Positions 27,101 through 42,734 are shown, counted from the first letter of the stretch. The stretch is 64,000 nt of DNA from Eledone cirrhosa (GCA_964016885.1 OZ024741.1:215574001-215638000); one strand, 5' to 3'. Numbers and translations are program-made. The notes: generated from the letters alone by a model not told the origin.

Positions 27101-27177
<77 letters not shown>

Positions 27178-27215
27178 ATATATATATCTATATGTATATA
27201 TATGTATATATATAT

Positions 27216-27248
<33 letters not shown>

Positions 27249-27262
27249 CATATATATATTTT

Positions 27263-27293
<31 letters not shown>

Positions 27294-27300
27294 ATATATG

Positions 27301-27331
<31 letters not shown>

Positions 27332-27343
27332 ATATATATATAC

Positions 27344-27384
<41 letters not shown>

Positions 27385-27454
27385 TACATATATATATATA
27401 CATATATATATATATATTTATTTATTTATTAATATATAAATATATATATGTATA

Positions 27455-28380
27455 TATACAATATTAAACAAATGGAAACTATATTTATAAAACCATATTT
27501 ATTTCGTTATATATATTTCTGGGATATCATATTAAAAATATGTTATGCCTTCCTCAGACAAGATACAATACATAAGCTGTTTTATAAATAATTAGTGACA
27601 TACCTTTTAAAAAGTGACTTCTTTTAAAAAAGTTGATTTGGTAGTGAAACTGTTATGATAGTTATATAGAAAGAAAACGAAGATGAGAAGAAGAAGGTGA
27701 AGAGATGTATGTAAATAAAAAGAAGATGAAGAAATGTATGCAAAGAGAAAAGAGATGTATGTAAAGAAAAACAACGGAGCGAGATAGAGAGACAAGGATA
27801 GAGAGAAATACATTGATGGTGAAAAGAAAAGAAAAAAAAACATAGTAGGCTGCATTTTGACAGATGATCATCGTATATGTGAGAGGTTAAGGGAAGGGAT
27901 ACAGTTAGATTAGTGTATAGGAGAAAAAGAAAGAAAGATGGTATATTTAAAATATATTAAAAATATATTATGTCTCATCCATTTGAATTATCAATTTTAT
28001 GAATTAGGCACTATAATGTAAATACCAGTATTCATGAATGAGACACATATCTATAATGTGTAAAAAAAAAAAGGACCACATGCTCAGTTTAAAAATTCTT
28101 AGGTCTATAAGCAAAATCTGCTTAAAAGGAAGTTGCATTCTCAAAAGGTATGTCACTAATTATTTATAAAACAGCTTATGTATTGTATTTTATCTGAGGA
28201 AGGCATAACATATTTTTAATATGATATCCCAGAAATATATATAACGAAATAAATATGGTTTTATAAATATAGTTTCCATTTGTTTAATATTGTAAACCTA
28301 CTCCAGAAACTGTCGAGTGCTTTTATGTCAGTTATAAAATATTTACTCGTTGTAACCCAACAATCTTAAATAAAACTTTT
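27455..28380. mobile_element. pLTR/retrozyme-like element with inverted ends, each carrying an HHR (27500-27565 minus; 28186-28251 plus)
   Basis: 27458-27607 is the reverse complement of 28143-28294. UAUYUURU-CUGAGGA-helix II-GAAA-UAUAUA-UA-ACGAAAUA. Confidence 0.75.
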
Positions 28381-28450
28381 GCATATATGCATATATATAT
28401 ATATATATATATAACATTTAGAAGTTTACATACGCATAAACTAGACAGAG

Positions 28451-28503
<53 letters not shown>

Positions 28504-28952
28504 TTTGGGAACCATTCACGGTGTGGTTCAATGACGAATTAATTAATTAAATAATCAACAAGCAGAGCAATATATAAGAAAGTAAATCCATAGAATCATT
28601 AGATGAAATATACAGTATTTCTTCTCCCAATCAGCATAATTAACCATACAAAAAATCATTTAAACGAGGCTATAAGTTTAAAATATACCTATGAAAAAAT
28701 TATATATATATATATATATATATGGCTCTGTCTAGTTTATGTGTATGTAAACTTCTAAATTTTATATACTCCCGTAAGCTTGAGTAAAACTTTAGGCAGT
28801 ATTCGGCTGCTCTTTATAGCAACCAGCCTACTCGCCACCAGTCACCAATCACAAGCTTTCTGACTTGACCACTGACCACGTGACAATTCTTAGCCATTTT
28901 GAATCCGTTTCTGGCGGGGATCATTTAAGAAAAATCTTTGTCCAATTGAGTT

Positions 28953-29037
28953 TGTCTCCTGATGATTTCGAAACTCGTTGATTTATTCAAGATCGGATGT
29001 ATCCAAAAAGCAAATGAAACCTCCGGTGGTAGAGATA
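28953..29037 (+). ncRNA. Type I HHR with long helix II
   Basis: UGUCUC-CUGAUGA-~50 nt-GAAA-CC uccggu GG-UA-GAGAUA. Confidence 0.75.
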
Positions 29038-29338
29038 TATTTGATGACTTTGGTATGTTTATGTACATTTTTTGTTCTAACTTTGATTTTGTACCTAATT
29101 ATGTATGGTTAACTATATGTCTAATCAATTTCTACGGGCTATCAGAAATAGTGGGTAAATTTTCTGTGGCTGGCTGTGAATCGCGGATAAAAAGCTATCA
29201 TTTATTTATCTATTATTTCTTCATAGGTATATTTTAAACTTATAGCCTCGTTTAAATGATTTTTTGTATGGTTGATTATGCTGATTGGGAGAATAGATAC
29301 TGTATATATTTTATCTAATGATTCTATGGACTTACTTT

Positions 29339-29404
<66 letters not shown>

Positions 29405-29502
29405 CTTTCTAACTTGACCACTGCCACGTCACGATTCTTACCCATTTTTGAATGTATTTTTGGCGCGATCACTTTGGAAAATTAAATGTCTAATTGAGCT
29501 CA

Positions 29503-29576
29503 CTCCTGATGAATCCGAAGCTCTGAACATTCCCTATTATCAGATGTCTTAAAATACGGATGAAACCATGGTAGAG
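29503..29576 (+). ncRNA. Type I HHR with long loop II and palindromic helix III
   Basis: CUC-CUGAUGA-AUCCG...CGGAU-GAAA-CCAUGG-UA-GAG. Confidence 0.8.
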
Positions 29577-29862
29577 GTAATTTGGTATGTACGCATTTCT
29601 TCTAAGTTTGATTTTACACCTAATTGTGTTTGGTTGACTGTATAGCTGGTCGATTTCTACATGCTGTCGAAATGTTCGATAAATACTCCGTCGTAGCCAC
29701 CGCGAAGGGGCTGCTTTCGGTTATTTGTCGGAGATTTCTTCATAGGAGCCTTTTTTCTTATAGCTTGGTCTAACTGATTTTTTATGTGGTTAATTATGCT
29801 AATTGGGAGAGGAAATGGTATATATTATATCTAATGATTCTAAAGACATGTTTTATGATATG

Positions 29863-29924
<62 letters not shown>

Positions 29925-30105
29925 CATATATACATATACAAAAAAAAATATATATATATATGTGTATGTCTGTGTGTGCGTGTGTGTGTGTGTATGTGTG
30001 TGTATTTTTTACATTCCTAGAGAGCAACATATGAAGTTTACAGGTTCTTGCCCTTACTACATTCAAGCAGATATACACACACTTGTATGTATATATATGT
30101 GTGTG

Positions 30106-30375
<270 letters not shown>

Positions 30376-30639
30376 AGTGTTTTGAGTGTGTATGAGTGTG
30401 TGTGTAGATCAAAATTTCATTTATTATCGAATTTTCGGGAGACAACAGGAAAGTTCCGTTAAGAAAACTAATCCTAATTACAGCCATATTAGACATAATA
30501 TGGAATATATATAAAGATAGAATACACCAATAGAATAAAGAATAATGAAAGAAATAATGAAAGAAAAATTGTAGGTAGATAAATAGGTAGATAGATAGAT
30601 CGATTGATAGATTGATTGATAGATAGATAGATAGAGATG

Positions 30640-30685
<46 letters not shown>

Positions 30686-30767
30686 TAGTGAGAGAGAGAG
30701 GGGGGGGGATAAACAAAGAGATAGTTAGATTGATAGATATTTTTCATAGATAGATAGAGAGGGAGAT

Positions 30768-30829
<62 letters not shown>

Positions 30830-30988
30830 TGATAGCTTTATAGAATGGTAGATAGATTACTACCCCACACCACACAATACCAATCTCATTGTTTTTAAAA
30901 TTTACTGTAAACAATTCTTTCAGCCGATAAAATATCATTTAATAAATAAATTCTACTCGTAAAAAATGTGTATATATATATGTATGTA

Positions 30989-31067
<79 letters not shown>

Positions 31068-31069
<2 letters not shown>

Positions 31070-31942
31070 AAAGCATGTATTGAGTTAGAAACTCAAAATA
31101 GTCTCATTACAGTAAATTAGCTCTACGAAAATGATTTTTCCGAGCCGTATATAACTGAACAAAAAGGAAAAACGAACACAGACATATATATATATATATG
31201 TGTTCAAATCCTAATGGACCAAAATCGCTAAAGTGAAAAAAATACTAGGTACAGACAATAGGGTTTGCTATACTCAATTTAAGAATAAATTAAGAAAAAT
31301 AAATACAAACCAGTATTGTGGTAACTACCATCACCCAGACGGTCTTTGATAGAACCGTTTCGCAATATTATTTGTGAAGAGATATATCAAATTCCAGGCT
31401 CATCAGTTTGTTCAGTTATATACGGCTCGGAAAAATCTTTTTCCTAGAGCTAATTTACTGTAATGAGACTATTTTGAGTTTCTAACTCAATACATGCTTT
31501 TGATATATTCGGCTCCGTTAATTCGTAGAGCTATTTCACATGTCGTGTAGACCCGGCTGCTATTTTTAGTGGTGTAAGTATGCGCGACACGCTAAGTTCG
31601 GGAACAATGTGCGTTATATATATACACACATTTTCCAGTTTTCTATTTGACTTAGAAATGAGTAGGATACTAATTTCATAACCCACTGATGAGTCTGGAA
31701 TTTGGTATATCTCTTCACAAATAATATTGCGGAACGGTTCTATCAAAGACCGTCAGGGTGATGGTAGTTACCACAATACTGATTTGTATTTATTTTTCTT
31801 AATTTATTCTTAAATTGAGTATAGCAAACCCTATTGTCTGTAGTTAGTATTTTTTTCACCTTAGCGATTTTGGTCCATTACGCTTTGAACACATATATAT
31901 ATATATGTCCGTGTTCATTTTTCCTTTTTGTTCAGTTATATA
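31068..31942. mobile_element. Retrozyme-like element: 520-bp unit plus inverted partial copy; HHRs at 31333-31406 (minus) and 31681-31759 (plus)
   Basis: ttcagttata recurs at 31411 and 31931. ACCCA-CUGAUGA-...-GAAA-CGGUU..GACCG-UC-UGGGU (plus copy has GGAA). The inverted copy crosses the unit boundary. Confidence 0.8.
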
Positions 31943-31961
31943 TATAAATATATATATATAA

Positions 31962-32280
31962 ATTCAAAATATTAATAAAAGTAGACATTCACGTAATCAA
32001 AATATATTTTATTATATATATTTCGGAGGTACTGTGCTGTTTTTTCAGTACGTCCTCATCAGATAAAATACATAAATTAATGTATGACATACCACAACTA
32101 TACTGATGGTTCAATTCCAGTCTTGGCAGTGGACGTCCTGATGAGGACGTACTGAAAAAACAGCACAGTACCTCGAAATATATATAATAAAATATATTTT
32201 GATTACGTGAATGTCTACAAGTATTAATATTTTGAACTAATATTAATAACCCCAGAAAACATTTTTCTTGTTGAGTGCTT
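31962..32280. mobile_element. Inverted pLTR pair related to the 23265 family; HHRs at 32006-32069 (minus) and 32138-32193 (plus)
   Basis: AUUUUAU-CUGAUGA-GGAcGUACUG..CAGUACcUCC-GAAA-UAUAUA-UA-AUAAAAU. Confidence 0.85.
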
Positions 32281-32351
32281 CTAATCTATTGTAAATCTAT
32301 ATTCATTGATTAATAAATGAACATTGTTTAACTTTTGGTTACATATATATA

Positions 32352-32892
32352 TGGTGGCTGCCAACTCGATTTCGAGTACGGCCACTACTTTATATCCATG
32401 TAGGAGAACCCCTACCAATGCGCTGAACAAGTGTGACTTTTTAGTCCAGCCAGCGACTTGAAAACTCTGGTACAAACACTACACTTGTGACAATTATTGA
32501 CACATAGTGCTGGGCCCATGGTACCATGTGACGACAAGTGCAGAGAGATCTCCAGATATAAAGCAATGCCTGTACCGTGAAGCTTTTATGGTGGGCAAAG
32601 GCACTGCACGAAGCCAGTCCCACTCTCTTAACCAAGATCATATTTACCAAAAAGAATAACAAGTGCACATCATTGGATACCATCAGGGTTGCAGGTGTTA
32701 TATCAGAGTTTTCCTTCTCCTAGAATTCTGCCTTGACAAAGGCTAAGCGTCATCTCTCCCGGTGATTTTGGATGGCCATTGACTCTCAAGAGCTCCTTTG
32801 CCCTTTGACAGGTTTTGTTTTTAGTCCTGCAGGATGTCCAAAGTCACCCTCCTCACCAAGAAACCTTGGTGGGGTTGCCAGTTTAGTCGCCA
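32352..32892 (+). repeat. ~540-bp interspersed element of unknown class; second copy inverted at 49557-50098
   Basis: Highly similar reverse-complement copy with the same ends; both inserted in (TA)n. Confidence 0.85.
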
Positions 32893-32901
32893 ACATATAT
32901 A

Positions 32902-32947
<46 letters not shown>

Positions 32948-33056
32948 TAATAATAATAAACTTGAAGACTAAAATCCAAAGAGGGCTCGATAAGGGTGAC
33001 AGCAGCGATTCTTTGCTTAAACTTTAATGTGTTATTTTAATATATATATATATATA

Positions 33057-33310
33057 CAACACTCGCCTCATATGTTTGGGACCTCAAAAGGAACTCCACC
33101 CCTTCACGCTTAAATGGAAAATACTCCAGAAAGCGCGCTCATACAGCGGAGGACACATGTGCTGCGACCTTTGTATCTCAGAGAGCTGCGACATATTTAT
33201 TCGCCAAGGGCGGCTACTGAACATACTCTCTGAACACTGCCCGAACGGCATGCACAAAATCTTTGCAGCTTTTAAATACCTTAAGCCAGTGTCAATGCCC
33301 GATGGTTAAA
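33057..33310 (+). pseudogene. PLE GIY-YIG C-terminal fragment
   Basis: TTLASYVWDLK / FTLKWKILQKARSYSGG..CDLCISES...LLN. Confidence 0.75.
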
Positions 33311-33608
33311 AACGACCCCCCCCCCTCCTTTTTTAAACGCCAGCTGACAAAATAGCCCCTCTACCTCCTTCCCACCCCACCCCTACCACTCATCAACCTA
33401 AAACACGGCACTATGGTTATGTAAGTACCTCTTACTTATCTGCATTTTCTGCTTGTAGAGCTGTTTTTATGTGCATGTGTATATGCGTATATTTATGAGT
33501 ACATGTTTGTATGTATTTGTATGAGTGGCCGTTCGTTTTATGCATATCGCTGTGTGTACGTGCGTTCATATGTACCTGCATATGAGCATGTTTGTGTATG
33601 GTTGTGTG

Positions 33609-33641
<33 letters not shown>

Positions 33642-33690
33642 GTATATATATATATATGTGTATATGTATATATATGTGTATATGTATATA

Positions 33691-33749
<59 letters not shown>

Positions 33750-33835
33750 ACATGTGTGTATATATATATGTATACATTTGTGTGTGTGTGTATGTGGACC
33801 CCACAACATACCGTGGATATCTCTGTGTATATATA

Positions 33836-33906
<71 letters not shown>

Positions 33907-33964
33907 GTGTGTGTATGTATGTGTATGTGTGTATGTGGACCCCACAACATACCGTGGATATCTC

Positions 33965-34012
<48 letters not shown>

Positions 34013-34014
34013 GT

Positions 34015-35600
34015 ATAAAAATCAATACAATATAATTACCTCATTACCAGAGGTTTCCCGAATGAGGCGAATACGAAAGAAACGTCTTCATTCGTTCGTC
34101 AGACGAGGCAATATAAAACATGGGTAAATACTTGGAGTGTCTCATCAAGAAAAGCAAAAAAACAAAAAAACAAAAAAGATATAGACAAATGAATTATAAT
34201 ATGAAATATATAATAATCTTTCAAGAAATATAGTTAGGTGTGTGTATATGTATGTATATACGCTCACAGATGTGTATATATGTGTATGCACATATGTATA
34301 CGTATAGTGAAAAAGTGTGCGTAAATATATAATTTAGGGCAAATGTATCTGTATGTCTGTAATCTACAGACAGAATAGATACATCATAAGAATATGAAGG
34401 CACGCGCATAAACACATCTAAACACACGTACACTTAGATGCGGAAGTAAAAGAGGTAAGGGAGTGTAATAATTAAGGGAAAGTATCAATCTCGATATTTT
34501 TATAAAAATGGAACAATAATTTAGAAAGAAAAAATTAAAGAAAAGAAGACAAAAAAGGTACATACATACACACACACGTATATCTCACAAAAGAAACGCA
34601 AAAATATACATGCTTATATACACACGCACACTTACACATCCATAAGTTCGATACGTACATACACACACACAAACACACACACACATACTTACACTCACGC
34701 ATATTGACCTGTTTGCATGCACACGCATAAAAATGAGTAAGTAAAAAAGGGGGGGGGGGGAGAAGAATAAAGGAACAAAACATAAAACCTAGATGTAAAA
34801 ACACGGATATAAAGACACATACACATACGCATACATATATATATATATACACGCACGCGCGCGCACATACGTAGTCGCTCATGTACATATATAGAAAGTA
34901 TACACACATTAAGACGTTCAGCCACATTTATACAGGGTGTAAAAGACTTGTGGATAAGTAAGTACAAATATAAAATTATAAAATTGTAAGATTGGCTGCG
35001 CAAAAATAAAAAATAAAAATAAAAATAAAAAATATAACTAGAGTGGAAAAAAAATGACCATTGTAATCAGTTAGTGAAGGAAATAGGGAAGTAAAAAATG
35101 GAAAGTGAAAATATTAGGTAAGTGAATCGGAGAATAAAGGGGGGGGGGGTTATTGGTGGATGTGAAGTAAAAATAAAAAAATAAATATAAAAATAAAAAT
35201 AAATGAAATTAATGATAAGGATAAAAATGAAAGTAAATCAGAAAGGGTAATTAAAAAGAGAATAATAAGAGTTTATGGAGGATAAGTATCTGAAAGTGTG
35301 TTAAGTTTATATGAGCTGGAAAGCAGGTGTGATTTCATGTGTGGGCAACTGGTGTAAATTTCCGTCTTTGTGTTCAGGCAGGTCTTTGGTGATTTTAGAT
35401 TTTGCAATATCCAATATTTTTCATTTATGCAGAGCGTGCATTTTCTTGTTCCTCTAGCATATTCTTTAGATTGGTTCAAAATTGACCAATCTAATTTATA
35501 TTGGATGCCTTGGTCTTTCATATCCCATATTCTGCTAGCCAGAGCTGTTGTAAATCTTTTTTCTGGATGTCGAAAGGATGCGACATGTGAGTAATAACGC

Positions 35601-35605
<5 letters not shown>
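34015..35605 (-). mobile_element. PLE 3' fragment (GIY-YIG end 35273-35600, long 3' region, terminal HHR)
   Basis: HMSHPF/TALASRIWDMKDQGIQYKLDWSIL..CTLCINEKYWI..LNTKTEIYTSCPH. Confidence 0.8.
34035..34112 (-). ncRNA. Type I HHR
   Basis: AUUGCCUCGU-CUGACGA-aCGAAUGA...UCAUUCGg-GAAA-CC ucu GG-UA-AUGAGGUAAU (10-bp helix I). Confidence 0.85.
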
Positions 35606-35652
<47 letters not shown>

Positions 35653-35748
35653 TATAGAGAAAAATACTGCAGGTAGCACATGGATAACATGTAATAAAAT
35701 AAGTCCCTCATCAGTGATTTGCCGAAGATCATAGATATTTCATTGCAT

Positions 35749-35855
<107 letters not shown>

Positions 35856-35882
35856 GTGTGTGTGTGTATATATATATATATA

Positions 35883-35915
<33 letters not shown>

Positions 35916-35950
35916 GTGCGTGTGTGTGTGTGTGTATGTATGTGTGTATT

Positions 35951-35987
<37 letters not shown>

Positions 35988-35989
35988 AT

Positions 35990-38283
<2,294 letters not shown>

Positions 38284-38284
38284 G

Positions 38285-38386
<102 letters not shown>

Positions 38387-38442
38387 AATGTAAGTATGTA
38401 TGTATACGTACATACATATATGTATACAGACGTACAGTAGCA

Positions 38443-38496
<54 letters not shown>

Positions 38497-38586
38497 TAGA
38501 ATATTCGAAAATATTCTGTATGTTTATAATAAACATTTTGAAGACCTAATCGCTATAGAATAGAATACGTCACGTATTACAATTAG

Positions 38587-38675
38587 ATTCTCGATAAAAG
38601 CAAGGGAAGTAATCTACGCGTTTCATTCTCGTTAGAAATCATCAGGACTACATATCCAGTGCTTTTATCGAGAAT
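38587..38675 (-). ncRNA. Minimal type I HHR (second copy at 38897-38985)
   Basis: Reverse complement of 39481-39569. Confidence 0.85.
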
Positions 38676-39480
38676 GACACAGCTAGAGACTTATAGAATA
38701 CTTAGCTGTGTACAGGAACTGGTTTGAAAGAGCGGTTGCCGGTCCGGCAGAAATTAGAAATTGGAATAAATGCTCTGAAATAGCGATATATATGTGAATA
38801 TAGACATAGAATATTCGAAAATATTCTGTATGTTTATAATAAACATTTTGAAGACCTAATCGCTATAGAATAGAATACGTCACGTATTACAATTAGATTC
38901 TCGATAAAAGCAAGGGAAGTAATCTACGCGTTTCATTCTCGTTAGAAATCATCAGGACTACATATCCAGTGCTTTTATCGAGAATGACACAGCTAGAGAC
39001 TTATAGAATACTTAGCTGTGTACAGGAACTGGTTTGAAAGAGCGGTTGCCGGTCCGGCAGAAATTAGAAATTGGAATAAATGCTCTGAAATAGCGATATA
39101 TATGTGAATATAGACATAGAATATTCGAAAATATTCTGTATGTTTATAATAAACATTTTGAAGACCTAATCGCTATAGAATAGAATACGTCACGTATTAC
39201 AATTAGATTCTCGATAAAAGCAAGGGAAGTAATCTACGCGTTTCATTCTCGTTAGAAATCTAATTGTAATACGTGACGTATTCTATTCTATAGCGATTAG
39301 GTCTTCAAAATGTTTATTATAAACATACAGAATATTTTCGAATATTCTATGTCTATATTCACATATATATCGCTATTTCAGAGCATTTATTCCAATTTCT
39401 AATTTCTGCCGGACCGGCAACCGCTCTTTCAAACCAGTTCCTGTACACAGCTAAGTATTCTATAAGTCTCTAGCTGTGTC

Positions 39481-39569
39481 ATTCTCGATAAAAGCACTGG
39501 ATATGTAGTCCTGATGATTTCTAACGAGAATGAAACGCGTAGATTACTTCCCTTGCTTTTATCGAGAAT
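39481..39569 (+). ncRNA. Minimal type I HHR with long helix I
   Basis: AUUCUCGAUAAAAGCA..GUAGUC-CUGAUGA-UUUCU aacg AGAAU-GAAA-CGCG-UA-GAUUAC..UGCUUUUAUCGAGAAU. Predicted cleavage after 39541. Confidence 0.88.
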
Positions 39570-39775
39570 CTAATTGTAATACGTGACGTATTCTATTCTA
39601 TAGCGATTAGGTCTTCAAAATGTTTATTATAAACATACAGAATATTTTCGAATATTCTATGTCTATATTCACATATATATCGCTATTTCAGAGCATTTAT
39701 TCCAATTTCTAATTTCTGCCGGACCGGCAACCGCTCTTTCAAACCAGTTCCTGTACACAGCTAAGTATTCTATAA

Positions 39776-39847
<72 letters not shown>

Positions 39848-39852
<5 letters not shown>

Positions 39853-40282
39853 CAGGTACACATACATATATGTACGTATCAGTTTAGCGGACGCTTATTA
39901 TAGCGCCCGCTTTGTTCGTTTGTAAACAAACTGAACAGCCTGAATTTATGCCGCACGGTGTTAAGGCAACCACGTCACCTTTTTGTTCAACACTGACACA
40001 GGAACGATATACTAGTTTCAAGCTTGTTAGCTATCATCAGCACCGTATACCCTTCTGCCAGATGGTTGAACGTTCGAAAGTATATGCTTTCCTTATGAAA
40101 ATTAACGGCTGAGCAGCCTAATTTGCATATCGAGTGAGTTAAATCGGTCAGGCGCACCGAAAACGATGAGTTGTAATAAAATGAAAACGAAATTTCATTT
40201 CTCACTCTTAGTACGGCACTTACTTAAATGTAAGTATGTATGTATACGTACATACATATATGTATACAGACGTACAGTAGCA

Positions 40283-40344
<62 letters not shown>

Positions 40345-40783
40345 CAGGTACACATACATATATGTACGTATCAGTTTAGCGGACGCTTATTATAGCGCTC
40401 GCTTTGTTCGTTTGTAAACAAACTGAACAGCCTGAATTTATGCCGCACGGTGTTAAGGCAACCACGTCACCTTTTTGTTCAACACTGATCGATTTAACTC
40501 ACTCGATATACAAATTAGGCTGCTCAGCCGTTAATTTTCATAAGGAAAGTATATACTTTCGAACGTTCAACCATCTGGCAGAAGGGTATACGGTGCTGAT
40601 GATAGCTAACAAGCTTGAAACTAGTACATCGTTCCTGTGTCAGTGTTGAACAAAAAGGTGACGTGGTTGCCTTAACACCGTGCGGCATAAATTCAGGCTG
40701 TTCAGTTTGTTTACAAACGAACAAAGCGGGCGCTATAATAAGCGTCCCCTAAACTGATACGTACATATATGTATGTGTACCTG

Positions 40784-40827
<44 letters not shown>

Positions 40828-40942
40828 TGCTACTGTACGTCTGTATACATATATGTATGTACGTATACATACATACTTACATTTAAGTAAGTGCCGCACT
40901 AAGAGTGAGAAATGAAATTTAGTTTTCATTTTATTACAACTT
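39848..40942. mobile_element. Retrozyme-like family B (~490-bp unit containing a (TA)n tract), tandem plus inverted; HHRs at 40005-40045 (minus) and 40591-40631 (plus)
   Basis: CGGUG-CUGAUGA-UAGC uaacaa GCUU-GAAA-CUAG-UA-CAUCG. Unit start recurs at 39850 and 40342. Inversion at ~40487. Confidence 0.85.
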
Positions 40943-40964
40943 ATATATATATATATATATATAT

Positions 40965-41640
40965 TTATTCATTAAAATAACAGATTAAAGTTTAACCAAC
41001 GAATCGCTGCTTTCACCCTTAACGGAATCTTCTGAAATTAACAAAGTCAATCTGTAAATGCAGAAGTGGATATTTCAAAAAACGTTGCAACCGGAGGAAG
41101 ACAGGAAGACGATACTTTGGTTCGTGGAAACGTTCCCTAGCAAAGAACGGGAAAAAAACGAATATAATACGTCATTAATAGGAGCGGTGAAAAACAATTA
41201 CACGCAAAGACACAACTATGTTTATGGTATAAAAGAAGTCGTAGACTAATGTTCTCTTAGGTGGTTCATAGAGACGTTCTCTGGCAAGAAACGGAAAAAA
41301 CGAAGATAATACATCATATGTGGAAACTGGAGAACAATAGCACGCAAAGACAAAACCAGATAAATGGTATAGCTGAAGTCGTAGACTAAAATTCTAACTA
41401 GGAAACTGAATGATTCTCAGATTCAGAGTTAAGAATAAAGTAAATAAAATATAATAAAGAGGTAATTGAAATTAAATAAATACATACACGCATACAAATA
41501 CGTACATACACAAGCATACACGAAAACACTCGCCATAGGAATACAAAACCACGCAGATATAAATATGTGTGTGTGTGTGCGTGTATACGAATAAATAAGT
41601 AATAAATAAACGTATACATAAATACATAAATACGTATATA
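40965..41640 (-). mobile_element. Diverged family A 3' region/pLTR with CAGAAGA HHR-like motif (40980-41055)
   Basis: Reverse complement of ~6150-6805. Confidence 0.85.
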
Positions 41641-41668
41641 TGTATATATATATATGTATATGTATATA

Positions 41669-41725
<57 letters not shown>

Positions 41726-41880
41726 GTGTGTGTGTGTATGTGTATATATGTGTGTATGTGTATATGTGTGTATATATGTGTATATATATGTATATATATA
41801 TATATATATATGTGTATATTTATATATATATGTGTGTATATATATTTATAAATATATGTATATATATCTGTGTGTATATA

Positions 41881-41959
<79 letters not shown>

Positions 41960-41966
<7 letters not shown>

Positions 41967-42430
41967 TAAACGGAATAGAAAATGCTGACAAATTGTTCAC
42001 AGTTGAAAAATGGTTTAATTAGGAATAAAAGAGTATTAGTGATTGTATGGGTTAGTATTCAGTTGTGGTTTTAAGTTTTTAAGTTTTTACCGGTTGCGCA
42101 TTTCTAAATGCTTTTCAAAAATAATTTTGAGATAGAGTGTCCGTGCTGTTTGCTCTGATCTGATTAGTTTTGGGAATTCTACCTGTTTTTATGTTAAAAA
42201 AGTGGCTCCAATTTGCAAAAATTCTTGTGGTCAAAACAATTTTGATTGGTCGGTAGAGGTCATGTGAATGTAAAAAATTGATTTTGCGCCAAGACTGTTT
42301 TTATGTTAAAAAAGTGGCTCCAGCAAAAATTCTTGTGGTCAAAACAATTTTGATTGGTCGGTAGAGGTCATGTGAATAAACAATTGGTTTTGCGCCAAGA
42401 TTGAGAAATGACTCTTTCACAACAAATATG

Positions 42431-42461
<31 letters not shown>

Positions 42462-42535
42462 AGTAGTAGTAGAAGTAAGGTGTTCGATGTTGTGATAATG
42501 GTTAGCAGCGATGTGTGTCAAATGGCTATTAAGAT

Positions 42536-42618
<83 letters not shown>

Positions 42619-42734
42619 GCAGAGTAATTCGTGGTGGCAGGGATGGTCAGTAAGAATGTGTCTGAAAGCAATGGGGGGTATTTTAGCATGTCAAAAGATA
42701 TTTTTCAGGTTTTGTCTTATACGGAGAAGTGTGC

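Larger units (their letters stand above)
28555..29850 (+). mobile_element. Two diverged copies of a non-coding HHR-bearing element (28725-29345, 29400-29850) plus an inverted end fragment (28570-28700)
   Basis: Shared acttgaccactg...attctta...aattgag...ctcctgatga and 3' ttatgctgattgggaga..atctaatgattcta. Confidence 0.75.
38490..39777. mobile_element. Retrozyme-like array: 310-bp unit, ~2.5 copies on minus then ~1.65 copies on plus
   Basis: tagacatagaatattcgaaa at 38491, 38801 and 39111. Inversion at 39260. Copies look identical. One HHR per unit. Confidence 0.9.

Noticed and set aside
35695-35720. Isolated CUGAUGA heptamers (also 19838, 54594, 54651, 56931)
   Set aside because: No suitably placed GAAA/UH with complementary helix I.
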